Of a stretch of 53,930 nucleotides of DNA, positions 53,229 to 53,930 are shown piece by piece. The translations under genes were made by a program, and so were the position numbers. The DNA lies in assembly GCF_001194135.2 (NCBI RefSeq), contig NC_068995.1, forward strand, positions 12,355,662-12,409,591, read 5' to 3'. The notes beneath the pieces were generated by a model that worked only from the letters and a program-made list of their open reading frames with translations, did no database searches and had not been told where the DNA came from. This stretch comes from Octopus bimaculoides. Lineage: Eukaryota. Within the stretch, counting starts at the first letter, position 1; each line of letters starts with the position of its first letter.

Positions 53229-53930
53229 AGGGTGATAAACTGAAATGTTGAGATATATATAGTCATAATCAGCTCTCTGGTATCAACACATTTTATGTAA
53301 AAAGGGACATAGCCAAAGGAACTCATGCTAAAGTATTGTTGTTGATATTCATTTTTACAAGAGATGTGAAACCAGAAAAACGAAACTCACTTCGCCGACT
53401 GTATCGAATTCATTTTGTACTGAGTTCATTCTGCAAACATGTTATTCCATATTCGATTCCAATATGTGTTACCTTGGATACGTTTTCTGATTTTACCTAA
53501 CTTCAAAATCCGACGAGTTCAACTTAGATAAAATAATTTTTAGTTAAGTATTCGGGTCGGCATTATCGACTTCTCGCATGCCCTCAAAATTATGGGGCTG
53601 GTCTTGTAGCAACATTTCAAGGAAAGAATTATTACTTGGAGGGGGAATTCTAAGTTATCCGTGATACTCCGATTTTCTTACTCAATTTAGAAATTAAGCT
53701 TTCGTCAGATGAGTAAGAAAATTTGAAACACGTACAATCTTTCATTTCTATATTGAGAAATATTTTCTAAAAGTAGATAAAAATCAAACTTAATAGATAA
53801 ATATAAGTGTTTTGCTTTGCCAATGCCGGAACTATTAAGATGAAAAAGTTTTTAAAAATATCAAATAAATAATGCAATAAATAGATCATATATATAGAAA
53901 TATATTCATACATATATATATATATATATA

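Overview
AT-rich, repeat-saturated eukaryotic DNA with 11 assembly gaps (about 4.3 kb of N, mostly abutting (TA)n tracts). The extreme microsatellite load and the SINE families suggest a coleoid cephalopod, probably Octopus (inference, not verified). I find no intact protein-coding gene: nearly all ORFs in the supplied track are microsatellite translations or read through N-gaps. Supported content: (1) a decayed mariner with terminal inverted repeats and an internal deletion of the first catalytic Asp region; (2) two tandem R4/Dong-like non-LTR retrotransposon copies, the second bracketed by (TAA)n; (3) RTE and probable Ty3/Gypsy RT remnants next to a near-perfect 156-bp inverted repeat; (4) a Penelope-type terminal-repeat fragment with a minimal type I hammerhead ribozyme; (5) a hAT MITE and a MITE-like element with 15/16-bp subterminal repeats; (6) more than 25 copies of three tRNA-derived SINE families (called A, B and C here) that share and swap modules, nest, cluster, and carry an internal microsatellite. 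I did not find a novel multi-gene system; the best leads are RNA-structural and transposon-biology observations. Element boundaries were read by eye and are approximate unless exact motifs are quoted.
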